Positions 37,142 to 48,260 of a stretch of DNA of 64,000 bases are shown here, in pieces; the first letter of the stretch is position 1, and each line of letters opens with the position of its first letter. The stretch covers positions 3,936,001-4,000,000 of the forward strand of contig CP170459.1 of the NCBI GenBank assembly GCA_047947115.1. The letters are read 5' to 3'. Source of the stretch: Verrucomicrobiota bacterium. Lineage in GTDB: Bacteria > Verrucomicrobiota > Verrucomicrobiia > Limisphaerales > AAA164-E04. Below the pieces are notes generated by a model. It saw nothing but the letters and a program-made list of their open reading frames with translations, had not been told where the DNA came from and did no database searches. The translations under genes were made by a program, and so were the position numbers.

Positions 37142-39076
37142 ATGAACAAAAAACAAACCGATCTCTTCCTTTACTCTTCCGTCGGCATCATCGTCATGTT
37201 GGTGATGGTGGTATTGATCAATATCATTTCCGGGCACGTCAAAACACGTCTGGATCTCACCGCGGAAAGACTCTACACATTGTCCGAGGGAACCAAGCAG
37301 ATCCTTGGAGAACTGGACACGGATGTTGAAATCAACTTCTATGCCACACGGGATGACAAGTTGATGCCCGTTCAATTCAAGAACTACATCAGTCACATCG
37401 AAGATTTGCTTGATGAGTATTCCCAGTATTCAAACGGTCATCTCAAGATCACCAAGTTCAATCCCGAACCGGATTCGGATGCGGCAGACCGGGCCGCCAT
37501 GGATGGTGTCACCGGACAAATGATCAGTCTGGGCGAATCCATCTATCTTGGCCTCGCCATTAAGATGCTCGACAAAAACGTGTCGATTCCATTCCTTGAT
37601 CCCAGCAGGGAAAAACTTCTTGAGTATGATCTGACCCGTGCCATCACCCAGGTGACCACCGATGACAAGCCCGTTCTCGGCGTCATGAGCGCCTTGCCGG
37701 TGTTTGGGGCGGCACCCAATCCGATGATGATGCAGATGGGACAAATGCAGCAGCAACCGCCCTGGTTCCTCATCAGCCAGTTGCAGCAGGACTTCGAAGT
37801 CCGCGAATTGGAATTGACTGCTGACAAGATTGATTCGGATTTGGATCTGTTGGTGGTGATTCATCCAAAAGACATCACCGACGCCACTCAATACGCCATT
37901 GATCAGTACTTGATGGGCGGTGGTAAAGTGATTGCTTTCCTGGACCCGCTGGCCATTGTTGACCAAACCCCGAGCCCAAACGGAAACAACATGCTTGGGC
38001 CGCCTCCATCTTCATCGAACATGGAAACCCTGCTCTCTGCATGGGGTTACACGTTTGACACCGGTAAGATTGCCGCCGATCGACAGTTTGCTCGCGAGGT
38101 GTCTTTCCAAAGAGGCGCGCCGCCTCAAATGCAGCCAGGCATCCTGTTCCTGGATGCCAATGGCATCAACACGGACGATGTGGTGACGAGTCAGATCGAT
38201 CAGCTCCTCATTCCATTCGCTGGAACCTTATCAGGCACTCCTGCAGAGGGATTGGAGCAAACGGTTTTGCTGCACACTTCGGAAGAATCTCAGATGGTGG
38301 ATGCCTTTATGGCACGATTGTCCGGGGAACAGATCCTGAAGGAATTCAAAGCCGAAGGTAAAAAGTTGCCGCTTGCGATTCGCTTGGCCGGTCAATTCAA
38401 AACGGCCTTTCCAAATGGAAAACCGGGCGCCGAAGCCACCGCCGAAGATGATCTCGACAAGGAAGACGATGCAGCCACTCCCGAAGGCGAGCAACTGAAG
38501 GACTCCGCCGATGGCGCCACAGTGGTTTTGTTCACCGACGCCGATTTCATCTATGACAACTTCGGGGTCAGTGTCCAAAACTTCCTCGGAGCACGGATGG
38601 CTCAGTTGCTGAACGGAAACTTCCCGTTGGCACAGGGAACCGTCGAGCAGATGGCCGGAGATGCACGCCTGATTTCGGTGCGCGGTCGTGCGACGATGAA
38701 CCGACCGTTCACCCGTATCCGCGATATGGAGATTGAAGCGGCCAAGGCGTATCAGGCTCGTATCAACGATCTGGAAGAACAGAAACGCGAGGCGGAACAG
38801 AAGATCAATGATCTCCAGCGCAGTCGTCAGGATGGACAGGCTCAGAGCCAGCGCTTCGTGCTGACTCCGGAACAACAAACCGAACTGGAGAAGCTGCGTG
38901 AGACCAACAAGCAGGTAACGAAGGATCTCAAGGACATGCGCCGCAATTTGCGCAAGGACATTGACTCGCTCCAGACCCGTTTGAAATGGATCAACATTGC
39001 CGGCATGCCCTTCCTGGTAACAGTCGGGGGCATCTTTATCGCACTTATTAAACGTAAACGAACCGCAGCACGATGA
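37142..39076 (+). CDS. GldG-like ABC auxiliary protein
   Basis: RLDLTAERLYTLSEGT, LEYDLT, IDQYLMGGGK, C-terminal coiled coil and TM helix. Confidence 0.88.
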   Translation: MNKKQTDLFLYSSVGIIVMLVMVVLINIISGHVKTRLDLTAERLYTLSEGTKQILGELDTDVEINFYATRDDKLMPVQFKNYISHIEDLLDEYSQYSNGHLKITKFNPEPDSDAADRAAMDGVTGQMISLGESIYLGLAIKMLDKNVSIPFLDPSREKLLEYDLTRAITQVTTDDKPVLGVMSALPVFGAAPNPMMMQMGQMQQQPPWFLISQLQQDFEVRELELTADKIDSDLDLLVVIHPKDITDATQYAIDQYLMGGGKVIAFLDPLAIVDQTPSPNGNNMLGPPPSSSNMETLLSAWGYTFDTGKIAADRQFAREVSFQRGAPPQMQPGILFLDANGINTDDVVTSQIDQLLIPFAGTLSGTPAEGLEQTVLLHTSEESQMVDAFMARLSGEQILKEFKAEGKKLPLAIRLAGQFKTAFPNGKPGAEATAEDDLDKEDDAATPEGEQLKDSADGATVVLFTDADFIYDNFGVSVQNFLGARMAQLLNGNFPLAQGTVEQMAGDARLISVRGRATMNRPFTRIRDMEIEAAKAYQARINDLEEQKREAEQKINDLQRSRQDGQAQSQRFVLTPEQQTELEKLRETNKQVTKDLKDMRRNLRKDIDSLQTRLKWINIAGMPFLVTVGGIFIALIKRKRTAAR

Positions 39077-40305
39077 ATTCAAAACAACTCAAATTACTCA
39101 TCATTATATTTGTTTGTATCGGGGCGATCGGAGCACTGCTGGTCGTCCAGAACAATCAATCCTGGGATCAGGGTGAACAATCCATCGGAGGCAAAGTCAT
39201 GCCTGATTTTCCGATGAATGATGTCGTCAAGGTATCCGTGGAAAACAAAGACGGAACGGTCACTCTCAGCAAGGTGGAAGACACTTGGCGAGTGGCCGAC
39301 CGGGGAAATTATGCCGCTGATTTCGCCAAGATCAGAGAGCTGTTGTTGTCAGTTGCAGACGTGAAAGTGTTGCGTCCAATGCAGGTAGGAGAAAGTCAAC
39401 TCGGTCGGTTGGAACTGTTGACACTCGATAAAGGCGACAAATCCGGGACCCTGCTCTCATTTTTTGGGGAGAATGACAAAGTGTTGGGAACCTTGCTGCT
39501 CGGAAAGCAGTCCATGAGAAAATCAGAATCCTCCAGTTTTGGTGGAGGGGAATTTCCTGACGGTCGATACCTGATGGCTGATGGAGACCCTACGCGCATC
39601 GCTCAAGTATCCGAAACATTCGGCAGTGTCGAGGTGGAACCGAAGAACTGGTTGGACAAAGCCTTCTTTAAGGTTGAAAAACTCAAATCGGCCCAGGTGG
39701 AACATCCTGACCCATTGAACAGCTGGACTGTCAGTCGCGAGACTGAAACCGGTGACATGGTGCTGGCAGGATTGGAAGACAACCAGGAACTGGATTCAAG
39801 CCGAAGCTACAGCTTGAAAAACATTCTTTCTTCTCCAAGCTTCAATGACGTTGCTGGTCCGGATGCCACGGATGAGGATCTTGGTTTGGATACTCCTATC
39901 AAGGCTTCGCTGGAGACATTTGACGGATTCAAATACGGTATCCAGATTGGCAAAGCCAATGCGGAAGATGAATACCCGGTGCGTCTTCAGGTCAGTGCGG
40001 ATATTCCGACGGAACGTACGCCAGGAGAGGATGAAAAAGAAGAGGACAAGAGCAATCTGGACAAGGAATTCGCCGAAAAAGTCACAACCCGACAGGAAAA
40101 GCTGGCCAAGGAACAAAAGTTTCAGGGGCACACTTTCTGGGTTTCAAAATGGACGGTGGACACCTTGTTGAAACCTCGTTCTGATTATATCAAGAAAGAG
40201 GAGGAAGAAGCAGATGCCGCGGGAGCAGGAGGGGCTGCGAATTCCATTTTACCAGGAGCAGGTCTGGATGCTTTGACAAATCCGTTGAATCTGGATCCTC
40301 AATAG
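39073..40305 (+). CDS. DUF4340-like membrane-anchored protein
   Basis: N-terminal TM helix; usual fourth gene of GldA/F/G-like operons; ATGA overlap with the upstream gene. Confidence 0.75.
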   Translation: MNSKQLKLLIIIFVCIGAIGALLVVQNNQSWDQGEQSIGGKVMPDFPMNDVVKVSVENKDGTVTLSKVEDTWRVADRGNYAADFAKIRELLLSVADVKVLRPMQVGESQLGRLELLTLDKGDKSGTLLSFFGENDKVLGTLLLGKQSMRKSESSSFGGGEFPDGRYLMADGDPTRIAQVSETFGSVEVEPKNWLDKAFFKVEKLKSAQVEHPDPLNSWTVSRETETGDMVLAGLEDNQELDSSRSYSLKNILSSPSFNDVAGPDATDEDLGLDTPIKASLETFDGFKYGIQIGKANAEDEYPVRLQVSADIPTERTPGEDEKEEDKSNLDKEFAEKVTTRQEKLAKEQKFQGHTFWVSKWTVDTLLKPRSDYIKKEEEEADAAGAGGAANSILPGAGLDALTNPLNLDPQ

Positions 40306-40358
40306 TCAATGTTCACTCATTGACTTTTGATTAAACCCTCTTTAAGTTTCCATTTTGA

Positions 40359-41681
<1,323 letters not shown>

Positions 41682-41718
41682 CAAGTGACCTGATCTCGCA
41701 GGATCGAGCCATCCAAAT

Positions 41719-42456
41719 ATGAGTGACCCGTTGGAACAACTCAGTCAGCAGGCAAGGGATGCCATGCCAAGGCATGTGGCCATCATTATGGATGGCAATG
41801 GTCGCTGGGCAAAACAACGGCGTTTTCCACGTACGATTGGACATCGGCGTGGATTGGAATCATTGCGAGAGGTGGTGCGTACTGCCAGTAAGCTGGGAAT
41901 TGAATACCTGACCTTGTTCACGTTTTCAGCGGAAAACTGGAATCGTCCCAAATCAGAAGTCGATACCATCATGCGGTACCTGGCCCGGTTTCTGCGAACG
42001 GAAATCCCGGAATTCAACAGTTACAATGTGCAGCTCGATGCCATCGGGCAAATTGATCGACTGCCTGAAAAGGTTCAAAATCAACTGGCCAAAACCAAGG
42101 AGACTCTGTCAGGAAACGATGGGCTCACCATGGTGCTCGCTTTGAGTTATGGTTCAAGGCAGGAAATCTTGGATGCGACCCGATCCATCGCTGCAAAGGT
42201 GAAATCGGGGGAGTTGAACCCTGATGACATTGACGAAGCGGTTATTGCGAACAACCTTTACACCAAGGATATACCTGACCCTGATCTGTTGATCCGGACC
42301 AGCGGTGAAATGCGTATCAGCAATTTCCTGTTGTGGCAGATATCCTATGCCGAACTGGTTGTCACCGATACGCTCTGGCCGGATTTCCGATCTCCACAGT
42401 TGTTTGCAGCCCTCGAGGATTATGCCAAACGTCATCGTCGTTTTGGAAAAGTGTGA
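41719..42456 (+). CDS. uppS: Undecaprenyl diphosphate synthase
   Basis: HVAIIMDGNGRWA, FSAENWNRP, DLLIRTSGEMRISNFLLWQ. Confidence 0.97.
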   Translation: MSDPLEQLSQQARDAMPRHVAIIMDGNGRWAKQRRFPRTIGHRRGLESLREVVRTASKLGIEYLTLFTFSAENWNRPKSEVDTIMRYLARFLRTEIPEFNSYNVQLDAIGQIDRLPEKVQNQLAKTKETLSGNDGLTMVLALSYGSRQEILDATRSIAAKVKSGELNPDDIDEAVIANNLYTKDIPDPDLLIRTSGEMRISNFLLWQISYAELVVTDTLWPDFRSPQLFAALEDYAKRHRRFGKV

Positions 42457-42473
42457 AATCACCCCGGCCATGC

Positions 42474-43388
42474 ATGACTGACTCTTCTTCCAGTTCCCCA
42501 AAAGCATCTTCAAAAGGACGAACCTTTATTCATCGCTTGTTTAGTACGGTGGTGCTGTGGGCCGTTGTTTTGGGCGCGCTCTTTGCGGGGAGTCCCCTTG
42601 TTTCACTTTTAACTGTCTGGATCGTGTTGAGCGCATTGAGCGCTGCAGCATTTCATGAGTTTGTGAAGATGTTCCGGATTGAGAAGTTGGGTTTTGGCAA
42701 AGCTTACCTCCACACCGCCGGTTTGGTCTACCTGGCTGCAACGCTTTTTTCAGACCGTCTCAGGGTTCCAGATGCCCTGCAGGAAGCCATGCCGCATTTG
42801 CTGTTGGGATTGATTGTGTTTGGATGTTTGTATCTGTTTTTTCATTATCGATATGAATTGCCTCGATTGCTGCCGTTAGGACAGTTGGTTTTTGGTTGGT
42901 TTTATGTCTATTTTCTAGCGGGTTATCTGGTTAGGATTTACAACTTTGAGAGAGATAAAGGGGCCTGGATTTTGATACTGTTCATCGTCTTGACCAAGTT
43001 CAGCGATCTTGGGGCATATGTAACCGGCTCTTTGATTGGAAAGCATAAAATGATTCCAAGGGTTAGTCCCGCCAAGACTTGGGAAGGGTTTTGTGGAGGC
43101 ATTTTGTTTTCAGCTGCTTTCGGGTGGATCGTAGTGAAGCTTTCCGGAGATCATTTGGCAGGTTTTCCGATTTACCACATCCTTCTGCTGGGGGTGGTGT
43201 TGGGCACCTTTGCCGTGGTGGGGGATCTGGTGGAGTCCCTCCTTAAACGAGAAGCGGATGTGAAGGATTCCGGTCAGTTTCTGCCCGGAATCGGTGGGGC
43301 ACTGGATCTGATTGATAGTCTTTTATTCAATGCACCGATCATGTATGCTTACCTTTGTCTGCTTCATGTGTCGCCGGGCACTGTATAA
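42474..43388 (+). CDS. cdsA: Phosphatidate cytidylyltransferase
   Basis: SPAKTWEG, GDLVESLLKREADVKDSG..LPGIGG.LD..DS; uppS-cdsA-dxr gene order. Confidence 0.93.
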   Translation: MTDSSSSSPKASSKGRTFIHRLFSTVVLWAVVLGALFAGSPLVSLLTVWIVLSALSAAAFHEFVKMFRIEKLGFGKAYLHTAGLVYLAATLFSDRLRVPDALQEAMPHLLLGLIVFGCLYLFFHYRYELPRLLPLGQLVFGWFYVYFLAGYLVRIYNFERDKGAWILILFIVLTKFSDLGAYVTGSLIGKHKMIPRVSPAKTWEGFCGGILFSAAFGWIVVKLSGDHLAGFPIYHILLLGVVLGTFAVVGDLVESLLKREADVKDSGQFLPGIGGALDLIDSLLFNAPIMYAYLCLLHVSPGTV

Positions 43389-43414
43389 TCGAAGGGAAGG
43401 ATGATTCGAATGGC

Positions 43415-44575
43415 ATGAAAAACGTTGTTTTATTGGGAAGCACGGGATCCATCGGAACCAGCACGATCAAAGTTGCCCAGGACCTGCCGGATCAAATCCG
43501 ACTGGTGGGGCTGGCGGCCGGCGGCAATGTGGAACTTCTGGCCGAGCAGGCGAACCTCTTCAAGCCGAGGATCGTTTCCATCGCTGACGAACAATTGGTA
43601 CCCACCTTGCAGAACCAATTGAACGGAGATATCGAAATCTGCACAAGCGAAGAGGGCTTGATTCGTTTGGCCACCATGCCGGATGCGGATATCGTTTTGA
43701 TCGCCATCGTCGGCACGGCAGGATTGGAACCAGCATTGGCGGCAATACGCGCTGGAAAGGATATTGCCGTTGCATCCAAGGAGATTCTGGTAATGGCCGG
43801 GGAGATTGTCATGCGCGAGGCAAAACAGCATGGCGTCAAAGTGCTGGCTGTAGATTCCGAACATTCCGCGATCCTTCAATGTCTGGATGGCAAACCAAAT
43901 GATTCCATCCGTTCCATCTGGCTGACTGCTTCAGGCGGTCCGTTCCGGCAAACTCCCGCCGAGAAGTTCAAGGATATCACGGTTGAACAGGCCCTCAAGC
44001 ATCCTTCCTGGGTGATGGGACGTAAAATCACCATTGATTCGGCGACCATGTTTAACAAAGGGCTTGAGATGATCGAGGCTCGTTGGTTGTTTGATGTGGA
44101 GATGGCGCGGGTTAAAGTTGTTGTTCATCCTCAAAGTGTGGTTCATTCATTTGTGGAACATGTGGATGGGTCCATGATCGCCCAGATGTCCACACCTGAT
44201 ATGTGCCTGCCTATACAATATGCACTGACCTATCCGGAACGAGTCGCCAGTGACCGGGTGCAGACCTGTCTGGCATCGATTGGCCAGCTTCATTTTGAAG
44301 AACCTGACCTGGATCGATTCCCGGCCCTCCGACTTGCCGGAAGGGCAGGGGAAACCTGCGGCACCATGCCGGCTGTGTTCAATGCTGCCAATGAGATTGC
44401 GGTGGAGGCCTTTTGTGAACGACGTTTGTCCTTTCTGGGTATCACCGAACTGGTGGAAGCCGTCATGGACAGACATCAAACAGTTACGACACCGTCGCTT
44501 TCACAGATTCTTTCCGCTGATCAATGGGCGCGCGCAGAGGCATTGAAACTTGTCGAAGAGACCGGAGCCGTTTAA
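43415..44575 (+). CDS. dxr: 1-deoxy-D-xylulose-5-phosphate reductoisomerase
   Basis: LLGSTGSIG, VDSEHSA, TASGGPF, HPSWVMGRKITIDSATMFNKGLE. Confidence 0.98.
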   Translation: MKNVVLLGSTGSIGTSTIKVAQDLPDQIRLVGLAAGGNVELLAEQANLFKPRIVSIADEQLVPTLQNQLNGDIEICTSEEGLIRLATMPDADIVLIAIVGTAGLEPALAAIRAGKDIAVASKEILVMAGEIVMREAKQHGVKVLAVDSEHSAILQCLDGKPNDSIRSIWLTASGGPFRQTPAEKFKDITVEQALKHPSWVMGRKITIDSATMFNKGLEMIEARWLFDVEMARVKVVVHPQSVVHSFVEHVDGSMIAQMSTPDMCLPIQYALTYPERVASDRVQTCLASIGQLHFEEPDLDRFPALRLAGRAGETCGTMPAVFNAANEIAVEAFCERRLSFLGITELVEAVMDRHQTVTTPSLSQILSADQWARAEALKLVEETGAV

Positions 44576-44605
44576 ACATATAAAGCATTTACCAAGTTAA
44601 GACTT

Positions 44606-45019
44606 ATGACGATTGAGGAGTTGATAGAGAATTTCGAGTTATTTGACGATTGGGAAGATCGGTATGCTTACCTGATGGATCTTGGAAAAAAGATGCCCAC
44701 CATGGAAGAAACAGATAAAACCGATGAAAATCGGGTCAAAGGATGTCAGGCGACGGTATGGCTGAAGGAAACCGTCGAATCAACAACTCCCCCCACAATC
44801 ACCTTTGTGGCCGACAGCAACTCTCAGATCGTCAAGGGCCTGGTTTCGATGTTACGCATGATGTTCTCCGGGAAAACACCAGAGGAAATCCTCTCAACGG
44901 ACGAACAGAGCGTGTTCAAGAAGCTGCAGTTGGACAGGCATTTGAGCCCTACCCGAAGCACCGGGTTGAACGCGATGGTTCAAAAAATCAAGGCCTTGGC
45001 TGAATCAGCCGGCCATTAA
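44606..45019 (+). CDS. sufE: SufE family sulfur acceptor protein
   Basis: DWEDRYAYL, VKGCQATVW, IVKGL, LSPTRSTGL. Confidence 0.92.
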   Translation: MTIEELIENFELFDDWEDRYAYLMDLGKKMPTMEETDKTDENRVKGCQATVWLKETVESTTPPTITFVADSNSQIVKGLVSMLRMMFSGKTPEEILSTDEQSVFKKLQLDRHLSPTRSTGLNAMVQKIKALAESAGH

Positions 45020-45730
45020 GTTGAAATTCTTGTGCAACACATTTAAGTTCAGATTCTTTCCCGGACAAAGTGTCTGCGCACCTTTGACTTCCTTGTGTCC
45101 GAAAAGCCTCAGATTGGCTTGTATCTGATCACTTGATTTCAGGTGCGACAACAGGCGGTGGAGACTGTCCATTTGTTTGGGTGATGGCCAGTGTTTTTGA
45201 AAATTGCCTACCAGGCAAATTCCAATCGAGTTGGCGTTAAACCAGGCATTGGCGACATGTCCGCCATCTTGTTGCTTTTCCCATCGGGGGCCCACTTCAA
45301 TTTCTCCATCGCCTGACTGCGTACCGTTTCCAATGACAAAGTGATAGGCTAAACCATTTTGCATGCCCCGACGAAGGTGGGTATTGTGAAAGCTCTTCGC
45401 TCCTCCTTGCGGGGTGGCGCTGTGATGCACCACAATATGGACCCATTTGTTCTTAATGATTGGGACACCGTCTATTTCTTGGGCGGCGGCGGCAGGCAAA
45501 GCTGACTTTATGGTCTCACGAATTTTCAAGGACTGGCCTGCCAGGATTCGGTCGGATTTCAACCTGTTGATGCGTTTCAGGTTGCTGACAGAGGTGTCAA
45601 ATTTGTTGGCAATACCGGAAAGCGTGTCCCCGCGGAGAACTTTGTATGTCGTGGGGGCTGCTATGCTGTCGAAAGTCCACATACTCCCGAGCAACAATCC
45701 TGCTTTTTGTATAAATTGACGTCTTTCCAT
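45005..45730 (-). CDS. LysM-domain N-acetylmuramoyl-L-alanine amidase (Amidase_2) with Tat-like signal
   Basis: RRQF signal; YKVLRGDTLSGIA LysM; VHHSA, YHFVIGNG, GICLVG, GH, CPG. Confidence 0.9.
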   Translation of the reverse strand: MERRQFIQKAGLLLGSMWTFDSIAAPTTYKVLRGDTLSGIANKFDTSVSNLKRINRLKSDRILAGQSLKIRETIKSALPAAAAQEIDGVPIIKNKWVHIVVHHSATPQGGAKSFHNTHLRRGMQNGLAYHFVIGNGTQSGDGEIEVGPRWEKQQDGGHVANAWFNANSIGICLVGNFQKHWPSPKQMDSLHRLLSHLKSSDQIQANLRLFGHKEVKGAQTLCPGKNLNLNVLHKNFNLMAG

Positions 45731-46057
45731 TGGATACTTCTAACCCTTAGAGACGCATCTCACCCTTCAAGCCACTTTCACGCGCCTAGTTCAAGATATT
45801 ACAATAATGAAAATGGACGGAAATTTCAAATTTTTATTCACAATGGACTGCATTATGCGGGCTAATGTTTCTACATGACTTTCTCTGGCATAACAGGTTG
45901 ATTGCCTTTTAACTCCCACCATCTTCGCGTGATGACATGGCCTTGAGCGCTCTGCTTTGCTAAATTATGTCACTCCTGACGCGCGGCTGATGAGGGATTG
46001 GCCATTCAAAACATTGCCAAAGAGTTCTCAACTTGTTATCCCTTGACTCGTTCCGTC

Positions 46058-46378
46058 ATGAATCAAAGTAACATTGAACAATCCGCCCTGCATGCGGCGA
46101 AGAAGGCTTATTGGAATGCCAACATCACGGTTGTGCTGATCCTTATGGGCATATGGTTTTTGTTTGGGTGTGTCCTGAGCATTTTTGCGGTGGACCAACT
46201 GAACCGGATGAAAATCGGAGGCTTTCCCCTCGGGTTCTGGATGGCACAGCAGGGGACCACCATTGCCTTCATTTTCGTTATTTTTGCTTACGTGCTTATC
46301 ATGAAACGATTGGATGTGAAATTTCTCAAGGAAGCGGGTATCAAAGAAAAGGATCTGCCACCTCCAGCCGAACATTAA
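46058..46378 (+). CDS. DUF4212 small membrane partner of a solute symporter
   Basis: YW, GFPLGFWMAQQG, two TM helices, directly upstream of the SSS gene. Confidence 0.88.
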   Translation: MNQSNIEQSALHAAKKAYWNANITVVLILMGIWFLFGCVLSIFAVDQLNRMKIGGFPLGFWMAQQGTTIAFIFVIFAYVLIMKRLDVKFLKEAGIKEKDLPPPAEH

Positions 46379-46427
46379 TTCGCAACACACATTCGTTTAA
46401 ACTTCTCAGGACACCTTTTTTCACTTC

Positions 46428-48212
46428 ATGGACATCCAAGCCTGGACTTATCTCATCGTTGGCATTTCCTTTGCCTTGTATATCGGTATTGCGTTCGTTA
46501 CTCGCGTTCGAAGCACCTCGGGGTTTTACGTTGCGGGGCACGGGGTGCCGGCCATTTTCAACGGCATGGCTACCGGAGCGGACTGGATGAGTGCCGCGTC
46601 GTTTATTTCAATGGCGGGTATCATCTCGTTCACTGGATACACCGGTTCGGTTTATTTGATCGGTTGGACTGGTGGATATGTGTTGTTGGCTCTTTTGCTT
46701 GCGCCATATCTGCGCAAGTTCGGGAAATACACGGTGCCTGACTTTGTCGGGGATCGTTACTATTCCTCCGTAGCACGACTGGTGGCGGTGCTTTGTGCGA
46801 TCTTCGTGTCATTTACCTATGTTGCCGGTCAAATGCGCGGAGTCGGGGTGGTGTTTTCCCGTTTTCTGGAAGTGGACATCAATACAGGTGTGATCATCGG
46901 AATGGTTCTGGTGTTCATCTATGCAACCCTGGGAGGCATGAAAGGGATCACCTACACTCAGGTGGCGCAGTATGTGGTTTTGATCATTGCCTATCTGATT
47001 CCCGCCATCGCGATTTCACACGTGATGACCGGCCACTGGATTCCGCAGATTGGATTCGGGGCAAAGATAACCGGAGGTGAAAATGCTGGAATCTACCTGC
47101 TGGAAGCCATCGATCAGATCCATCAGGATTTGGGGTTTCCGGAATACACGGCTTCCTTTGTGCCCGGGCACAAGTCCATGATTGATATGTTCGCGGTCAC
47201 ACTGGCTTTGATGGTGGGCACCGCCGGTCTGCCTCATGTCATTATCCGGTTTTATACGGTTAAAAATGTTCATGCTGCACGTTGGAGCGCCTTTTGGGCA
47301 TTGCTTTTCATCGGCATCCTTTACACCACCGCACCGGCCATTGCGACTTTTGCGCGTGTGAACCTGATCCAAACACTTCATGAGAAAACCTACGAACAAC
47401 GTCCTCAGTGGTTCAAAAGCTGGGAGCGGACGGGGTTGATCGCCTGGGTGGACAAGAATGGAGATGGTAAAATTCAGTATCACAACGGTATCGCTTTTGA
47501 TGGGAAACCCGAGTTGCAAAAAAATGAAGATGGTTCTCCAGTCCTGGGTTCCTTCCAGGAACCCTTGCTGACCAACACCATCAGCGATGGCGCCAACGAA
47601 CTTTATGTGGATCGCGACATCATGGTGCTTGCCAACCCAGAAATCGCAAACCTGCCCGCTTGGGTGGTGGCCTTGGTGGCTGCCGGCGGGCTCGCTGCGG
47701 CCTTGTCAACCGCCGCAGGTTTACTGTTGGTCATTTCTTCTTCCATGTCGCATGATCTTGGGAAATGCATTCTTAATCCCAACATGTCCGAAAAACAGGA
47801 ACTCAGGTGGGCAAGGTTCGCAGCCGGTGGTGCGGTTATCCTGGCTGGTTATTTCGGTATCAATCCGCCCGGTTTTGTGGCTCAGGTGGTTGCTTTCGCC
47901 TTCGGACTGGCTGCCAGCAGTTTTTTCCCGGTGATCATTCTCGGTATCTTCAGCAAGCGCACGACAAAAGAAGGGGCGATTGCGGGGATGCTGACCGGAT
48001 TGGGCTTCACGACTGCCTATATTTATTACTTCAAGTTTCACAATCCCGGCGCCGGTCCTGATCAATGGTGGTTCGGCATCAGCCCGGAAGGTATCGGTTC
48101 ACTGGGGATGGTGATCAATTTTGTGGTAACACTGGTTGTCACCGCAGTGACGCCTGCACCGCCTCAGGAAGTTCAGGATCAGGTTGAAAACTTACGTTAT
48201 CCAAGTGTTTGA
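46428..48212 (+). CDS. Sodium:solute symporter (ActP-like cation/carboxylate symporter)
   Basis: NGMATGADWMSAASF, GTAGLPHV..RFYT, AAALSTAAGLL. Confidence 0.92.
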   Translation: MDIQAWTYLIVGISFALYIGIAFVTRVRSTSGFYVAGHGVPAIFNGMATGADWMSAASFISMAGIISFTGYTGSVYLIGWTGGYVLLALLLAPYLRKFGKYTVPDFVGDRYYSSVARLVAVLCAIFVSFTYVAGQMRGVGVVFSRFLEVDINTGVIIGMVLVFIYATLGGMKGITYTQVAQYVVLIIAYLIPAIAISHVMTGHWIPQIGFGAKITGGENAGIYLLEAIDQIHQDLGFPEYTASFVPGHKSMIDMFAVTLALMVGTAGLPHVIIRFYTVKNVHAARWSAFWALLFIGILYTTAPAIATFARVNLIQTLHEKTYEQRPQWFKSWERTGLIAWVDKNGDGKIQYHNGIAFDGKPELQKNEDGSPVLGSFQEPLLTNTISDGANELYVDRDIMVLANPEIANLPAWVVALVAAGGLAAALSTAAGLLLVISSSMSHDLGKCILNPNMSEKQELRWARFAAGGAVILAGYFGINPPGFVAQVVAFAFGLAASSFFPVIILGIFSKRTTKEGAIAGMLTGLGFTTAYIYYFKFHNPGAGPDQWWFGISPEGIGSLGMVINFVVTLVVTAVTPAPPQEVQDQVENLRYPSV

Positions 48213-48260
48213 TAAAATTTGAGGTTGATTCGGAGTGCTTCCGGGTTACATCAGAAAGTC

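Noticed and set aside
35408..40305. Gliding motility machinery
   Set aside because: GldA/F/G-like ABC systems are widespread in non-gliding bacteria; no gldK-N or sprA genes here
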